Shown piece after piece: positions 27,939-38,879 of a DNA stretch of 43,579 nucleotides. Location of the stretch: positions 1-43,579 of the forward strand of contig JBJMHS010000060.1 of assembly GCA_045807245.1 (NCBI GenBank), read 5' to 3'. Each line of letters opens with the position of its first letter. The first letter of the stretch is position 1. The translations under genes were made by a program, and so were the position numbers. Source of the stretch: Actinomycetales bacterium. GTDB lineage: Bacteria > Actinomycetota > Actinomycetes > Actinomycetales > CAVURS01. Below the pieces are notes generated by a model. That model was not told the origin of the DNA and did no database searches. It saw nothing but the letters and a program-made list of their open reading frames with translations.

Positions 27939-29159
27939 TCAGGCGACCCTGCGTCCGGCCCTCGCGGCGAAACTGTCGAGCGCCTGAAGTACCTCCGGTG
28001 ATTGCCAGGCACGGTTCCGCTTTTTCGCTGTGAGCTCTACGAGCACATCGGCCCGCTCCATTACGGCGAGGTGCCGCAGAACGTTGTTGCCCGAGATTCC
28101 CAGCTCCTGGCTGATCAGCCGGGCGTCGATGACGGGCCTGGTGATGATGAGATCGCAGACTCGCCACACGGCCGAGTCGCTGCGTGCCCTGATCCGCTGG
28201 GACCACGAGCGTCGGATCTCACGCAGCTCCTCGACGAGTTGTCGGCCGTTGACAACCGCCACCAGAGCGGCGTCGGACATTCGTCGCACGATCGGTTCTA
28301 AGTCACCCGCTCGGTACGCGGTCAGGGCGTCGAAGTAGGTCTTCGTATCGACCAGCAGGCCGGCTGAGACAGGGACCGTGACGTTTCGGGTCAGCCCTTT
28401 GCCTCGCAACATCGATTGCATCAATGCGCGACCGGTGCGTCCGTTCCCGTCGACGAAGGGGTGGATGGTCTCGAACTGGGCATGGGCTACGGCGACCTGC
28501 GGGAGGATCGGCATGTCGTCCCTGGTCGCGAAGGTCATGAGGTCATCGATTGCTTCCGCAATGCGAGTACTCCTTGGTGGCACGAAGTCCGCGTCATGGG
28601 GGCCGAGCTGGGAGCGCCCAATCCAGACTTGCTCGGTGCGCCACTGACCCGCGATCTCCGGTTCGGTGGACTGCATGAGTGCGCGATGCATCCTCAGGAT
28701 GGCATCGGAGTCGATGCGTTCCGAGAGTGAGACGGCGGCTGTCATGGCCTCCACATTGGCCACGATCTCGGCTGCGTTGGCCCGGGACCCTGCGCCGAGC
28801 TCGGCTTCGGCGATGGCACGCGCCGATGCCGTCAGGTTCTCGATGCGTGAGCTCGCGGCCGACTCTGACCGGAGCAGTATCGAGGCGAAGGGTGCGATCT
28901 CAGCACCCATCGCCGAGTCGAACCGTGCGATCTCATTGGAGGCGTCCTCTGCAACCGCAAGGAGCGCGGCCGGGAGGGCGGGTGTGAGGAGTGCGATCCG
29001 GGGAGGAACGGCCGCCTGATAGGGACCTCGATGGCGAAGACGCTCCCTGCGGGAGGTCATCTCTGCTGACGCCTTCGGAGCCCACTCGACGACCTCGAAG
29101 TCCACCGGTGGCCAGGGACTGGTGTCCTGGCTGGGTGGGGCGGCCGGATCTGGTGTCAC
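27939..29159 (-). CDS. Fic family protein (class II-like)
   Basis: HPFVDGNGRTGR Fic motif; N-terminal SSRIEN inhibitory motif; C-terminal HTH. Confidence 0.92.
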   Translation of the reverse strand: MTPDPAAPPSQDTSPWPPVDFEVVEWAPKASAEMTSRRERLRHRGPYQAAVPPRIALLTPALPAALLAVAEDASNEIARFDSAMGAEIAPFASILLRSESAASSRIENLTASARAIAEAELGAGSRANAAEIVANVEAMTAAVSLSERIDSDAILRMHRALMQSTEPEIAGQWRTEQVWIGRSQLGPHDADFVPPRSTRIAEAIDDLMTFATRDDMPILPQVAVAHAQFETIHPFVDGNGRTGRALMQSMLRGKGLTRNVTVPVSAGLLVDTKTYFDALTAYRAGDLEPIVRRMSDAALVAVVNGRQLVEELREIRRSWSQRIRARSDSAVWRVCDLIITRPVIDARLISQELGISGNNVLRHLAVMERADVLVELTAKKRNRAWQSPEVLQALDSFAARAGRRVA

Positions 29160-29215
29160 GACGCTTCCTTGCTCTCACTTATCTTATTAAATGAGAATAA
29201 CAGACCGCGCCACAC

Positions 29216-29821
29216 TCAGATCATGCGTTGCGGCGCCCCAACGGGGCCGTCGCCGCGTTCGTCGGCGAACACGTACTCGCCGTTGCGCAGCCGCTTGACC
29301 AGCAACCGTGACCACTCCTGCTCCGCCATCAGCCGTCCGGCGGTCAGGCGCGCCATCTCACGGCCGAACGTCGGGCTGGTGGTCGCGGCCGCGGGGACCT
29401 CTCGCTCGTCGTCCTCGGTCTCGACCAGCCGCCGGTCGATCTCGGCGATGCGGTGCTCGAAACCCTCGATGACCTCCTGCCGGGGGAGCGCCCACATGAA
29501 CGACAGGATCGCCATGATCGGCTGGGGGTCGAACGCCTCGACGTTCCACAGCGCAGCCCGGAGCAGCGTCATGAGCTCCGACTCCCCGTCCGCGGTGAGC
29601 TGGTACGTCGTCCGGCCGGGCCGGCCGCCGGTACTTCCTGTGTCGACCTCCTCGAGGAAGCCTTCCCTCGTCAGGGCGCGCAGCGCGTTGTAGATCGAGC
29701 CGGGGTTGATGTTCGCCCACTCGTCGACCCGCCAGGTCATCAGCTCACGGCGCACGTAGTAGCCATGCACGGGCTGGAAGATCCGGACCGCGCCGAGGAC
29801 CACGAGACGCGTCGTCGACAT
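29216..29821 (-). CDS. PadR family transcriptional regulator
   Basis: PVHGY, INPGSIYNAL, YQLTADG. Confidence 0.88.
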   Translation of the reverse strand: MSTTRLVVLGAVRIFQPVHGYYVRRELMTWRVDEWANINPGSIYNALRALTREGFLEEVDTGSTGGRPGRTTYQLTADGESELMTLLRAALWNVEAFDPQPIMAILSFMWALPRQEVIEGFEHRIAEIDRRLVETEDDEREVPAAATTSPTFGREMARLTAGRLMAEQEWSRLLVKRLRNGEYVFADERGDGPVGAPQRMI

Positions 29822-29839
29822 GGTTTGAGTCTAAGGACG

Positions 29840-30490
29840 TCAGGCGCGACCGGACGGCCATTGAGCGAGGTAGGCCGGCACCGGCGGGTCGCCTCGCAGG
29901 TCCGGCGCCGGGATCGGCTCGCCCCACACGTGGTGCAGCGGCAGGACGCCGGCCCAGTACGGCAGCTCGAGGTCTTCCTCCTGGTCGTCCGGGTCGCCCG
30001 CGCTGACCTTCAGCGACCACTCGTCGATGGGCAGCGCCAGGATCGACGTCTGGGCCAGCTCCTTCTTGGACGGGCCGCGCGAGTCGAGGCGCCGCCCCGG
30101 CATGAGGTGGTCGGTCAGGACCTCGAGCGCGTCGAACCGCTCCGGCCCCTTGAGCTCGCTGCACTGCCCGAGCAGCATCGCGCTGCGGTAGTGCATCGAC
30201 GACTCGAACTGGCTGCGGGCGAGCACCAGCCCGTCGACGATCGTCACGGTCAGGCACGTCGGCTCGCCCTCGGCCAGACCCCGGAACAACCGCGCACCGG
30301 TTGAGCCGTGGCACAGGACGCGGTCGCCGTCACGTGCGATGCCGACGGGTACGACGAACGGCCAGCCGTCGGTGACCACCGCGATGTGCCCGACCAGGGC
30401 GGCATCGAGCAGCTCGTTGAGCGCCGCCCGGTCGTGGACCTGCTTCTCGGGCAGCCGTCGAACCGTCGTACGCGACTTTGGGTCTCTCAC
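29840..30490 (-). CDS. Pyridoxamine 5'-phosphate oxidase-like flavin-binding protein
   Basis: HGSTGARL, VDGLVLARS.FESSMHYRS, WAGVLPL. Confidence 0.85.
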   Translation of the reverse strand: MRDPKSRTTVRRLPEKQVHDRAALNELLDAALVGHIAVVTDGWPFVVPVGIARDGDRVLCHGSTGARLFRGLAEGEPTCLTVTIVDGLVLARSQFESSMHYRSAMLLGQCSELKGPERFDALEVLTDHLMPGRRLDSRGPSKKELAQTSILALPIDEWSLKVSAGDPDDQEEDLELPYWAGVLPLHHVWGEPIPAPDLRGDPPVPAYLAQWPSGRA

Positions 30491-31908
30491 AACAGGTTTG
30501 ACGCCTCGGTGAGAACGCCGCGCAACATCTGCTCGATGTCGTCGAACTCGGGCTGGCCGACGATGAGCGGTGGGGCGAGCTGTACGACGGGGTCGCCCCG
30601 GTCGTCGGCGCGGCAGTAGATGCCGGCGTCGAACAGCGCCTTTGAGAGGAACCCGCGCAGCAGCCGCTCGGCCTCGTCGTCGTCGAACGTCTCCCGGGTC
30701 GCCTTGTCCTTCACGAGCTCGATGCCATAGAAGTAGCCCTCGCCTCGGACGTCTCCCACGATCGGGATGTCGAGCAGCTTCTCCAGGGACGCCCGGAACT
30801 TCGGGGCGTTCTCGTGCACGTGGTCCGTGAGACCCTCACGCTCGAAGATGTCGAGGTTCGCCAGGGCTACCGCAGCCGACACCGGGTGCCCGCCGAACGT
30901 GTAGCCGTGCGGGAAGTACGTCGTGCCCTTCTTGAAGGGCTCGAACAGGCGGTCGCTGGCGATCATCGCGCCGATCGGAGCGTACCCGGAGGTCATGCCC
31001 TTGGCGCAGGTGATCATGTCCGGCACGTAGCCGAAGTCGTTGCAGGCGAAGAGCTCTCCGATCCGGCCGAACGCACAGATCACCTCGTCGGACACCAGCA
31101 GCACGTCGTACTCGTCGCAGATCTCGCGCACCCGCTCGAAGTATCCGGGCGGCGGCGGGAAGCAGCCACCGGAGTTCTGAACCGGTTCCAGGAAGACCGC
31201 GGCGACGGAGTCGGGTCCCTCGAACTCGATCGCCTCCGCGATGCGGTCGGCGGCCCAGCGGCCGAAGGCCTTGAGGTCGTCCTGCAGATGCTCAGGTGCC
31301 CGGTAGTGGTTGGTGTTCGGCACCTTGAACGCTCCGGGCACCAGCGGCTCGAACGGCACCCGGGCCTCCGGGATGCTCGTGATCGACAGCGCGCCCTGCG
31401 GCGTGCCGTGGTACGCGATCGCCCGGCTGATCACTTTGTGCTTGGTGGGTTTGCCGACCAGCTTCCAGTACTGCTTGGCCAGCTTCCACGCCGTCTCGAC
31501 CGCCTCGCCGCCACCCGTCGTGAAGAACACCCGGTTCAGGTCGCCGGGGGTCGACTGGGTCAGCCGCTCCGCCAGCTCGATCGCGCGCGGATGCGCATAC
31601 GACCAGAGGGGGAAGAAGGCCAGCTCGCTCGCCTGTTTGGCGGCCGCCTCGGCCAGCTCGGTCCGGCCATGGCCGACCTGGACCACGAACAGCCCGGACA
31701 GCCCGTCGAGGTAACGCCGGCCGTTGAGGTCGTAGATGTAGGCACCCTCACCGCGGACGATGATCGGCACCTGACCACCGTTCTCGTACGTCGAGTGCCG
31801 GGTGAAGTGCATCCACAGGTGGTCGCGTGCGGAGTCCGAGTAGTGCACGCCGCCCGGTGTGAAGGCGTCGCTGGTGTCGGGCGTGGTGATGCCCTGGAAG
31901 GTGGTCAT
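30487..31908 (-). CDS. Class III PLP aminotransferase (polyamine/omega-amino acid)
   Basis: LWMHFT, YLDGLSGL, TTGGGEAVE, SDEVICAFGR, AKGMTSGYAP. Confidence 0.92.
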   Translation of the reverse strand: MTTFQGITTPDTSDAFTPGGVHYSDSARDHLWMHFTRHSTYENGGQVPIIVRGEGAYIYDLNGRRYLDGLSGLFVVQVGHGRTELAEAAAKQASELAFFPLWSYAHPRAIELAERLTQSTPGDLNRVFFTTGGGEAVETAWKLAKQYWKLVGKPTKHKVISRAIAYHGTPQGALSITSIPEARVPFEPLVPGAFKVPNTNHYRAPEHLQDDLKAFGRWAADRIAEAIEFEGPDSVAAVFLEPVQNSGGCFPPPPGYFERVREICDEYDVLLVSDEVICAFGRIGELFACNDFGYVPDMITCAKGMTSGYAPIGAMIASDRLFEPFKKGTTYFPHGYTFGGHPVSAAVALANLDIFEREGLTDHVHENAPKFRASLEKLLDIPIVGDVRGEGYFYGIELVKDKATRETFDDDEAERLLRGFLSKALFDAGIYCRADDRGDPVVQLAPPLIVGQPEFDDIEQMLRGVLTEASNLL

Positions 31909-32378
31909 CGAGTTCCCCAGTTGTAGAGCTGTTTTCGGAGCTTGAGGTAGACGAACGTCTCCGTGCTGACGACCCCCGGGATGGTGCGGACGCGCGTGCT
32001 GATCAGGTTGAGCAGGTCGTCGTCGTCCTCGCACACGACCTCGGCCAGGATGTCGAAGCTGCCCGCCGTGACCACGACGTAGTCGACCTCGGGCATCGAG
32101 GCGAGCTTGTCGGCGATCTGCGTGAGGTCGCCCTCGGTCCGCAGGCCGATCATCGCCTGCCGGCTGAAACCAACCTGGAGCGGGTCGGTCACCGCGACGA
32201 TCTGGACCACGCCGTTCTCGAGCAGACGCTGGACCCGCTGGCGCACGGCCGCCTCCGACAGACCCACCGCCTTGCCGATCGCGGCGTACGGCCGGCGACC
32301 GTCCTCCTGGAGCTGGTCGATGATGCGTTTGGAGACCTCGTCCAAGGTCGGCGCCGGGCCATGGTCGCGAGGGCTCAC
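31905..32378 (-). CDS. Lrp/AsnC family transcriptional regulator
   Basis: LQEDGRRPYAAIGKAVGLSEAAVRQRV. Confidence 0.92.
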   Translation of the reverse strand: MSPRDHGPAPTLDEVSKRIIDQLQEDGRRPYAAIGKAVGLSEAAVRQRVQRLLENGVVQIVAVTDPLQVGFSRQAMIGLRTEGDLTQIADKLASMPEVDYVVVTAGSFDILAEVVCEDDDDLLNLISTRVRTIPGVVSTETFVYLKLRKQLYNWGTR

Positions 32379-32545
32379 GCCTTGGATACTCGCGCGAACC
32401 CTCCGTAGGGCGCAAGTGAATCCGTCGTCAAACGGCCTCTTGACACATGGATTCCTCACTTTGGCTCGTCCAGGACTATCGATCCCGGCCGGATCTGCGA
32501 CTAGAGTCGGTTGCGGCTGACCAGCGCCTGACCCAGGGAGTCTTC

Positions 32546-33991
32546 GTGAGCACCGTCACCCGTTCGCTGCGCAACTTCGTCGACGGCGAGCACGTCGACA
32601 CCGCCGAGGGCCGGACCACAAACATCGTCGACCCGTCGACCGCACAGGTGGTGGCCGAGGCGCCGGTGTCGGGCCCGGCTGACGTCGACCGCGCGTACGC
32701 CGCCGCCGCCAAGGCCTTCGAGGTGTGGCGGGACACCACTCCCAGCGGCCGGCAGAAGGCCTTGCTGAAGATCGCCGACGCCATCGAGGAGCACGCCGAC
32801 GAGCTGGTCAAGCTGGAGGCGCAGAACACCGGCAAGCCGTGGGCCCTCACTGCCAGCGAGGAGATCCCGCCCATGGTCGACCAGATCCGGTTCTTCGCGG
32901 GCGCGGCACGCGTCCTCGAGGGACGGGCGTCGGCCGAGTACCTGGCCGGTCACACGAGCTGGATCCGGCGGGAGCCGGTCGGTGTCATCGGACAGGTGGC
33001 TCCGTGGAACTACCCCATGATGATGGCGGTCTGGAAGTTCGCCCCCGCGATCGCCGCGGGCAACACCGTCGTCCTCAAGCCCAGTGACACGACCCCAGAG
33101 ACCACCTTGCGCATGGCCGAGATCGCTGCCGAGTTCCTGCCACCCGGTGTGCTCAATGTCGTGACCGGCGACCGCGAGACCGGCCGGCTGCTCGTCGAGC
33201 ACCCCACGCCGGCCATGGTGTCGATCACGGGCTCGGTCCGCGCGGGCATGCAGGTCGCGGAGGCGGCCAGCAGGGACCTCAAGCGCGTCCATCTCGAGCT
33301 CGGCGGGAAGGCGCCGGTGATCGTGTTCGATGACGCCGACGTCGAGGCTGCGGCCGAGGCGATCGCGGTGGCCGGCTACTTCAACGCCGGCCAGGACTGC
33401 ACGGCGGCGACCCGCGTACTGGCCGGCCCCCGGGTCCACGACGACTTCGTTTCCGCGCTGTCGGCCCAGGCCAAGGGCGCGCATGTCGGCAAGCCGGACG
33501 ACGAGGACGCGCTCCTCGGTCCGGTCAACAACGCGAACCAGCTGGAGCGCGTCACCGGCTTCCTCAGCCGGCTGCCCGACCGGGCCACCATCGAGGCCGG
33601 CGGTCAACGCGTCTCCGAGCTCGGCGACGGCTACTTCCTGTCCCCGGCCGTCGTCTCCGGCGTCCAGCAGGACGACGAGGTGATCCAGGAGGAGATCTTC
33701 GGTCCGGTGATCACGGTCCAGCGGTTCTCCGACGAGGAGGAGGCGCTCCGCTGGGCCAACGGCGTGCCGTACGCCCTGGCCTCGAGCGTCTGGACAAAGG
33801 ACTTCGGCCGCGCGATGCGGATGGCCCGCCGGCTCGACTTCGGCTGCGTGTGGATCAACACGCACATCCCCCTCGTCGCCGAGATGCCGCACGGCGGGTT
33901 CAAGCACAGTGGGTACGGCAAGGACCTGTCGATGTACGGGTTCGAGGACTACACCCGGATCAAGCACGTCATGGCGAACCTGGACAGCTGA
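32546..33991 (+). CDS. Gamma-aminobutyraldehyde dehydrogenase
   Basis: PWNYP, LELGGKAP, FNAGQDCTA, EEIFGPV, EMPHGGFKHSGYGKD. Confidence 0.92.
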   Translation: MSTVTRSLRNFVDGEHVDTAEGRTTNIVDPSTAQVVAEAPVSGPADVDRAYAAAAKAFEVWRDTTPSGRQKALLKIADAIEEHADELVKLEAQNTGKPWALTASEEIPPMVDQIRFFAGAARVLEGRASAEYLAGHTSWIRREPVGVIGQVAPWNYPMMMAVWKFAPAIAAGNTVVLKPSDTTPETTLRMAEIAAEFLPPGVLNVVTGDRETGRLLVEHPTPAMVSITGSVRAGMQVAEAASRDLKRVHLELGGKAPVIVFDDADVEAAAEAIAVAGYFNAGQDCTAATRVLAGPRVHDDFVSALSAQAKGAHVGKPDDEDALLGPVNNANQLERVTGFLSRLPDRATIEAGGQRVSELGDGYFLSPAVVSGVQQDDEVIQEEIFGPVITVQRFSDEEEALRWANGVPYALASSVWTKDFGRAMRMARRLDFGCVWINTHIPLVAEMPHGGFKHSGYGKDLSMYGFEDYTRIKHVMANLDS

Positions 33992-34003
33992 GGAGCCTGA
34001 TCG

Positions 34004-35536
34004 GTGACTGCCTCCGCCGCCGCAAGCGGCTGGACGAACGGCTGGGAACACGACCAGCACCAGTGGATCGGCGGTGAGGCACGGCCGGGCACGTCCGGTA
34101 CGACGCACGACATCGTCGACCCGGCGAACGGCCAGGTGCTGCTGACGACTGCGCTCGCCGCTGTCGAGGACGTGGACGCCGCCGTCGCGGCGGCCCGGTC
34201 GGCCCAGCCGGCCTGGGGGAGCGCACCGCCGGCCGAGCGGTCGGCGGCCCTGCACCGTCTGGCGGCGCGGCTCCAGGAGCGAGCCGAGCTGTACGCCCGG
34301 ACCGAGTCATGGCAGACCGGCAAGCCGATCCGGCTGGCCCGGGAGTTCGACGTACCGGGCACGATCGACAACACGGCGTTCTTCGCCGGTGCGGCCCGGA
34401 CGCTCGGGGGGCGGGCCGCGGGTGAGTACTCCCCGGACCACCTCTCCTTCGTACGGCGTGAGCCGGTCGGCGTCGTCGGGTCGATCGCGCCCTGGAACTA
34501 CCCCCTGCAGATGGCGGCCTGGAAGGTCCTGCCCGCTATCGCGGCCGGCAACGCGATCGTGCTCAAGCCGAGCGAGCTGACGCCTCTGACGGCGTTGATG
34601 TTCGCCGAAGACTGCGGGGCCGCCGGTGTGCCTGCCGGCGTGGTGAACGTCCTGACCGGTGCCGGACAGGTGGCCGGAGAGGCGCTCGTCTCTCACGCGG
34701 ACGTCGACATGGTGTCCTTCGCCGGCTCCAGCGGCGTGGGCCGGCGGGTCATGGAGCTGGCGTCGCGGACGTCCAAGCGCGTGCACCTCGAGCTGGGCGG
34801 CAAGGCGCCGTTCGTGGTCCTCGACGACGCGGACCTCGACGCTGCCGTCCACGGTGCCGTCGCCGGCTCACTCATCAACACCGGCCAGGACTGCACCGCG
34901 GCGACGCGGGCGATCGTGCATCGCTCCCTGCTCGACGACTTCGTCGCCGGCGTGGCCGACCTGATGCGCTCGGTGCGCCTGGGCGACCCGCGCGACACCG
35001 GCACCGATCTCGGTCCGCTGATCTCGGCCACGCAGGCCGAGCGGGTCGCCGGCTTCGTCGACCGGGCCCGGACCGAGGGGCAGAAGGTCGTCTGCGGTGG
35101 CGAGGCGCCCGGTGGCACGCTCGCGGGCGGCGCGTACTACCAACCCACCCTCGTCGTCGTCGACGACGCGAAAGCCGAGATCTGGCAGCAGGAAGTGTTC
35201 GGTCCGGTACTCGCCGTGATGGCCGTCGATGATGACGATTCGGCATACACACTGGCCAACGACACGCCGTACGGGTTGGCTGCCTCGGTGTGGACTCGCG
35301 ACGTGATCCGGGCGCAGCGCGGCGCGCGGGAGATCCAGGCCGGCTGTGTCTGGGTCAACGACCACATCCCCATCATCAGCGAGATGCCACACGGTGGTTA
35401 CAAGGCATCCGGCTTCGGCAAGGACATGAGCATCTACTCGCTGGAGGAATACACGAACATCAAGCACGTGATGTCCGACACCACGGGTACGGCGCACAAG
35501 CCTTGGCACCGAACGATTTTCACCATCAGCAGTTGA
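34004..35536 (+). CDS. Second aminobutyraldehyde dehydrogenase-like ALDH
   Basis: PWNYP, LELGGKAP, NTGQDCTA, EVFGPV, EMPHGGYKASGFGKD. Confidence 0.9.
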   Translation: MTASAAASGWTNGWEHDQHQWIGGEARPGTSGTTHDIVDPANGQVLLTTALAAVEDVDAAVAAARSAQPAWGSAPPAERSAALHRLAARLQERAELYARTESWQTGKPIRLAREFDVPGTIDNTAFFAGAARTLGGRAAGEYSPDHLSFVRREPVGVVGSIAPWNYPLQMAAWKVLPAIAAGNAIVLKPSELTPLTALMFAEDCGAAGVPAGVVNVLTGAGQVAGEALVSHADVDMVSFAGSSGVGRRVMELASRTSKRVHLELGGKAPFVVLDDADLDAAVHGAVAGSLINTGQDCTAATRAIVHRSLLDDFVAGVADLMRSVRLGDPRDTGTDLGPLISATQAERVAGFVDRARTEGQKVVCGGEAPGGTLAGGAYYQPTLVVVDDAKAEIWQQEVFGPVLAVMAVDDDDSAYTLANDTPYGLAASVWTRDVIRAQRGAREIQAGCVWVNDHIPIISEMPHGGYKASGFGKDMSIYSLEEYTNIKHVMSDTTGTAHKPWHRTIFTISS

Positions 35537-35590
35537 GTCCCGGCAGCTGAGCCCGCCGGCTCAGGCCATCCCACAGGAGGAACGCATCAC

Positions 35591-36796
35591 ATGACCGAAC
35601 ACATGGGCCCCGGCCAGGCCGCTCTCGTCCGGGGCATGTTCACCCGGCGTACGGCCCTCGCCGGTGCGGGTGCCGTCGGCGTGGCTGCAGCCCTCGCCGC
35701 GTGCGGCACTAAGGGGACGGCCACCAAGAAGAAGCCCGCCGAACAGGCCGCCACGGACATGTCGGCCACCGAGAAGGTGTGCAACTGGTCGAACTGGCCG
35801 GAGTACATCGACGTCGACGACAAGACCAAGGCGCACCCGACGCTCGACGCCTTCACGAAGCAGACCGGGATCAAGGTCAACTACACCGAGGACTACAACG
35901 ACAACGACGAGTTCTTCGCCAAGGTGAAGCCGCAGCTCCAGGGCGGCCAGGACACCGGGCGTGACACCTGGTGCAGCACCGACTGGATGGTCGCCCGGCT
36001 CATCCGGCTGAACTGGGTGCAGAAGCTCGACAAGGCGAACATGTCGAACGTGTCCAACCTCGAGGACTCCCTCGTCAACGTCGAGTACGACAAGGGACGG
36101 GTCTACTCGCTGCCCTGGCAGAGCGGGTTCACCGGCATCGCCTACAACCCCAAGGCGACCGGCGGCAGGCAGGTCACCACCGTCGACCAGCTGCTCACCG
36201 ACCCGAAGCTCAAGGGCAAGGTCTCGCTGCTCACCGAGATGCGCGACACCGTCGGCCTGGTGATGCTGGCCCAGGGCAAGGACCCGGCGAGCTTCACCGA
36301 CGACGACTTCAACGCCGCGATCGACGAGCTCAAGAAGGCCAAGGACGCCGGGCAGATCCGTGCGTTCTACGGCAACGACTACGCCAAGCCGCTCGCGGCC
36401 GGTGACGTCGCGGCCTGCATGGCCTGGACCGGTGACGTCGTCCAGCTCAAGGCCGACAACCCCTCGCTGGGGTACGTGCTCCCGGACACCGGGCACATGC
36501 TCTGGTCGGACAACTTCGTGATCCCGAACAAGGCGCGGCACAAGAAGAACGCCGAGACGCTGATCAACTACTACTACTCGCCCGACGTCATGGCGGCGGT
36601 CGAGGACTACGTCAACTACATCGCGCCGGTGAAGGGCGCCAAGGACGCGCTCCTCAAGCAGGACCCGGACGTCGCCAAGAACCCGCTGATCTTCCCGAGT
36701 GACGCGGTGCTGGCCAAGTCGCACGTGTTCAAGGGCCTCACCGAGGCCCAGGAGACCAAGTACAACCAGGCCTTCCAGGCCCTGATCGGAGGCTGA
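35591..36796 (+). CDS. Spermidine/putrescine ABC transporter substrate-binding lipoprotein (PotD/PotF)
   Basis: Tat-like TRRTAL and LAAC lipobox; NWPEYID, PWQSG, EMRDT, WSDNF. Confidence 0.9.
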   Translation: MTEHMGPGQAALVRGMFTRRTALAGAGAVGVAAALAACGTKGTATKKKPAEQAATDMSATEKVCNWSNWPEYIDVDDKTKAHPTLDAFTKQTGIKVNYTEDYNDNDEFFAKVKPQLQGGQDTGRDTWCSTDWMVARLIRLNWVQKLDKANMSNVSNLEDSLVNVEYDKGRVYSLPWQSGFTGIAYNPKATGGRQVTTVDQLLTDPKLKGKVSLLTEMRDTVGLVMLAQGKDPASFTDDDFNAAIDELKKAKDAGQIRAFYGNDYAKPLAAGDVAACMAWTGDVVQLKADNPSLGYVLPDTGHMLWSDNFVIPNKARHKKNAETLINYYYSPDVMAAVEDYVNYIAPVKGAKDALLKQDPDVAKNPLIFPSDAVLAKSHVFKGLTEAQETKYNQAFQALIGG

Positions 36797-36798
36797 TA

Positions 36799-37956
36799 GT
36801 GGCTGCGCCCGACCAGGCCACCTCGCAGGGCGACCTGAAGCTCGTCTCGTTGACCAAGCGCTTCGCGGACTTCGTGGCGGTCAACGAGCTCGACCTGGTG
36901 ATCCCTCAGGGCTCGTTCTTCGCCCTGCTCGGACCATCCGGCTGTGGCAAGACGACGACGCTTCGCATGGTGGCCGGGCTCGAGGAGCCCACGATCGGGC
37001 GCATCCTCATCGGCGACCGGGACATCACGGACAGCAAGCCGTACCAGCGGCCGGTCAACACGGTGTTCCAGAGCTATGCCTTGTTCCCCCACCTCGACGT
37101 GCTGGAGAACGTCGCCTTCGGCCTGCGGCGCCGTGGCCAGGGCGACGTTCGGCAGAAGGCCGGCGAGGCGCTCGAGCTGGTGCAGCTGTCGCACCTGGCC
37201 GGGCGCAAGCCGGGCCAGCTCTCCGGCGGCCAGCAGCAGCGGGTCGCGCTGGCCCGCGCGATCGTTAACCGGCCCGCGGTGCTGTTGCTCGACGAGCCGC
37301 TCGGCGCTCTCGACCTCAAGCTGCGGCGGCAGATGCAGATCGAGCTCAAGCGGATCCAGACCGAGGTGGGCCTGACGTTCGTCCACGTGACGCACGACCA
37401 GGAGGAGGCCATGACCATGGCCGACACCATCGCGGTCATGAACGGCGGCGTGATCGAGCAGCTGGGCGACCCGGCGTCCTTGTACGAACGCCCGGCCACG
37501 ACGTTCGTGGCGAACTTCCTCGGCCAGTCCAACCTGCTGCCGGCCGATGTGAGCAGCCGGGACGGCGACCACCTGGTCCTGCAGGTGCAGGGTCAGCACC
37601 TGCGGCTCCGAGCGGACCGGTCGGCCAGCACGTCCGGCAAGGTCTGGCTCGGCGTGCGGCCGGAGAAGCTGCAGATCAGCGACGCGACCGAGCCGGCCCC
37701 GACCAATGGCTTCAACAGCCTCGAGGGCGACATCACGGATGCGTCCTTCATCGGTGTGGCCACGCAGTACCTCGTCCGCCTGCCGTGGGGCCAGGAGATC
37801 AGCGCCGTCCAGCAGAACGACGGCACGCGTCCCCGCTCCACGGGGGAACGGGTCCGGGTGAGCTGGGCTTCGGACCATGGGTTCGCGCTCGACGCGGCGC
37901 AGGACGCACATGCCGGTGAGGAGCGGGAAGCTCTCGACCCGGTCCCGGTCGGATGA
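36799..37956 (+). CDS. Polyamine ABC transporter ATP-binding protein (PotA-like)
   Basis: [45 protein letters not shown]-like C-terminus. Confidence 0.93.
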   Translation: MAAPDQATSQGDLKLVSLTKRFADFVAVNELDLVIPQGSFFALLGPSGCGKTTTLRMVAGLEEPTIGRILIGDRDITDSKPYQRPVNTVFQSYALFPHLDVLENVAFGLRRRGQGDVRQKAGEALELVQLSHLAGRKPGQLSGGQQQRVALARAIVNRPAVLLLDEPLGALDLKLRRQMQIELKRIQTEVGLTFVHVTHDQEEAMTMADTIAVMNGGVIEQLGDPASLYERPATTFVANFLGQSNLLPADVSSRDGDHLVLQVQGQHLRLRADRSASTSGKVWLGVRPEKLQISDATEPAPTNGFNSLEGDITDASFIGVATQYLVRLPWGQEISAVQQNDGTRPRSTGERVRVSWASDHGFALDAAQDAHAGEEREALDPVPVG

Positions 37957-38879
37957 CCGCTCTGGCCCACGTCGGCGCAGCCGACCAGAAGCCGCCGGTC
38001 CTCGAGGAGAACGCCCGCCGGCGCAAGCTCACGCCGTACTGGCTGCTGCTGCCTGGACTGGCCTGGCTGACGTTCTTCTTCGTGGTACCGATGCTCTTCC
38101 TGGCCTCGCAGTCGTTGCAGACCGGGTCGCTGGACCAGGGCTACGCACTCACCTGGCACGTGCAGACCTACGTCGACGCGCTGAACAACTACTACCCGCA
38201 GTTCGTCCGCTCGCTCGGGTACGCCGCCACCGCGACCATCTTCGCGCTGGTCATCGCCTACCCGCTCGCCTACGCCATCGCGTTCAAGTCCGGGCGGTGG
38301 AAGAACATCCTGCTGGTGCTGGTGATCGCGCCGTTCTTCACCAGCTTCCTGATCCGGACGCTCGCCTGGCAGACGATCCTCACCGACGGCGGGCCGGTTG
38401 TCGGCTTCTTCCGCGACACCAAGCTGATCTGGGTGCTGCAGCAGCTGCACCTGACCAACAACAACTCGTTGCTGGCCAGCAAGTTCGCCGTCATCGCGGG
38501 GCTGACCTACAACTTCCTGCCGTTCATGACGCTGCCGCTGTACGCCAGCCTGGAGCGCGTGGACCCACGGCTGCACGAAGCGGCGGGAGACCTGTACGCC
38601 ACGCCGTTCACCGGGTTCCGCAAGGTCACCGTGCCGCTGTCGATGCCGGGCGTGGTGGCCGGCACGCTGCTCACCTTCATCCCGGCCGCGGGTGACTACA
38701 TCAACTCCAAGCTGTTGGGCAACACCAACACCGCCATGATCGGCCAGGTCATCGACGGTCAGTTCCTGCGCGTCCTCGACTATCCGACGGCGGCGGCTCT
38801 GTCCTTCCTGCTGATGATGATCATCTTGGTCATCGTCCTGGTGTACGTGCGCCGGGCCGGCACCGAGGAGCTGGTCTGA
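37953..38879 (+). CDS. Polyamine ABC transporter permease (PotB-like)
   Basis: PFFTSFLIRTLAW, LPFMTLPLY, EAAGDL. Confidence 0.9.
   Translation: MTALAHVGAADQKPPVLEENARRRKLTPYWLLLPGLAWLTFFFVVPMLFLASQSLQTGSLDQGYALTWHVQTYVDALNNYYPQFVRSLGYAATATIFALVIAYPLAYAIAFKSGRWKNILLVLVIAPFFTSFLIRTLAWQTILTDGGPVVGFFRDTKLIWVLQQLHLTNNNSLLASKFAVIAGLTYNFLPFMTLPLYASLERVDPRLHEAAGDLYATPFTGFRKVTVPLSMPGVVAGTLLTFIPAAGDYINSKLLGNTNTAMIGQVIDGQFLRVLDYPTAAALSFLLMMIILVIVLVYVRRAGTEELV

Noticed and set aside
29173..29196. Link between the Fic upstream TCTCA/TGAGA dyad and array motif A
   Set aside because: Different spacing (14 versus 5 nt), only 5-bp half-sites, and outside the element; likely coincidence.
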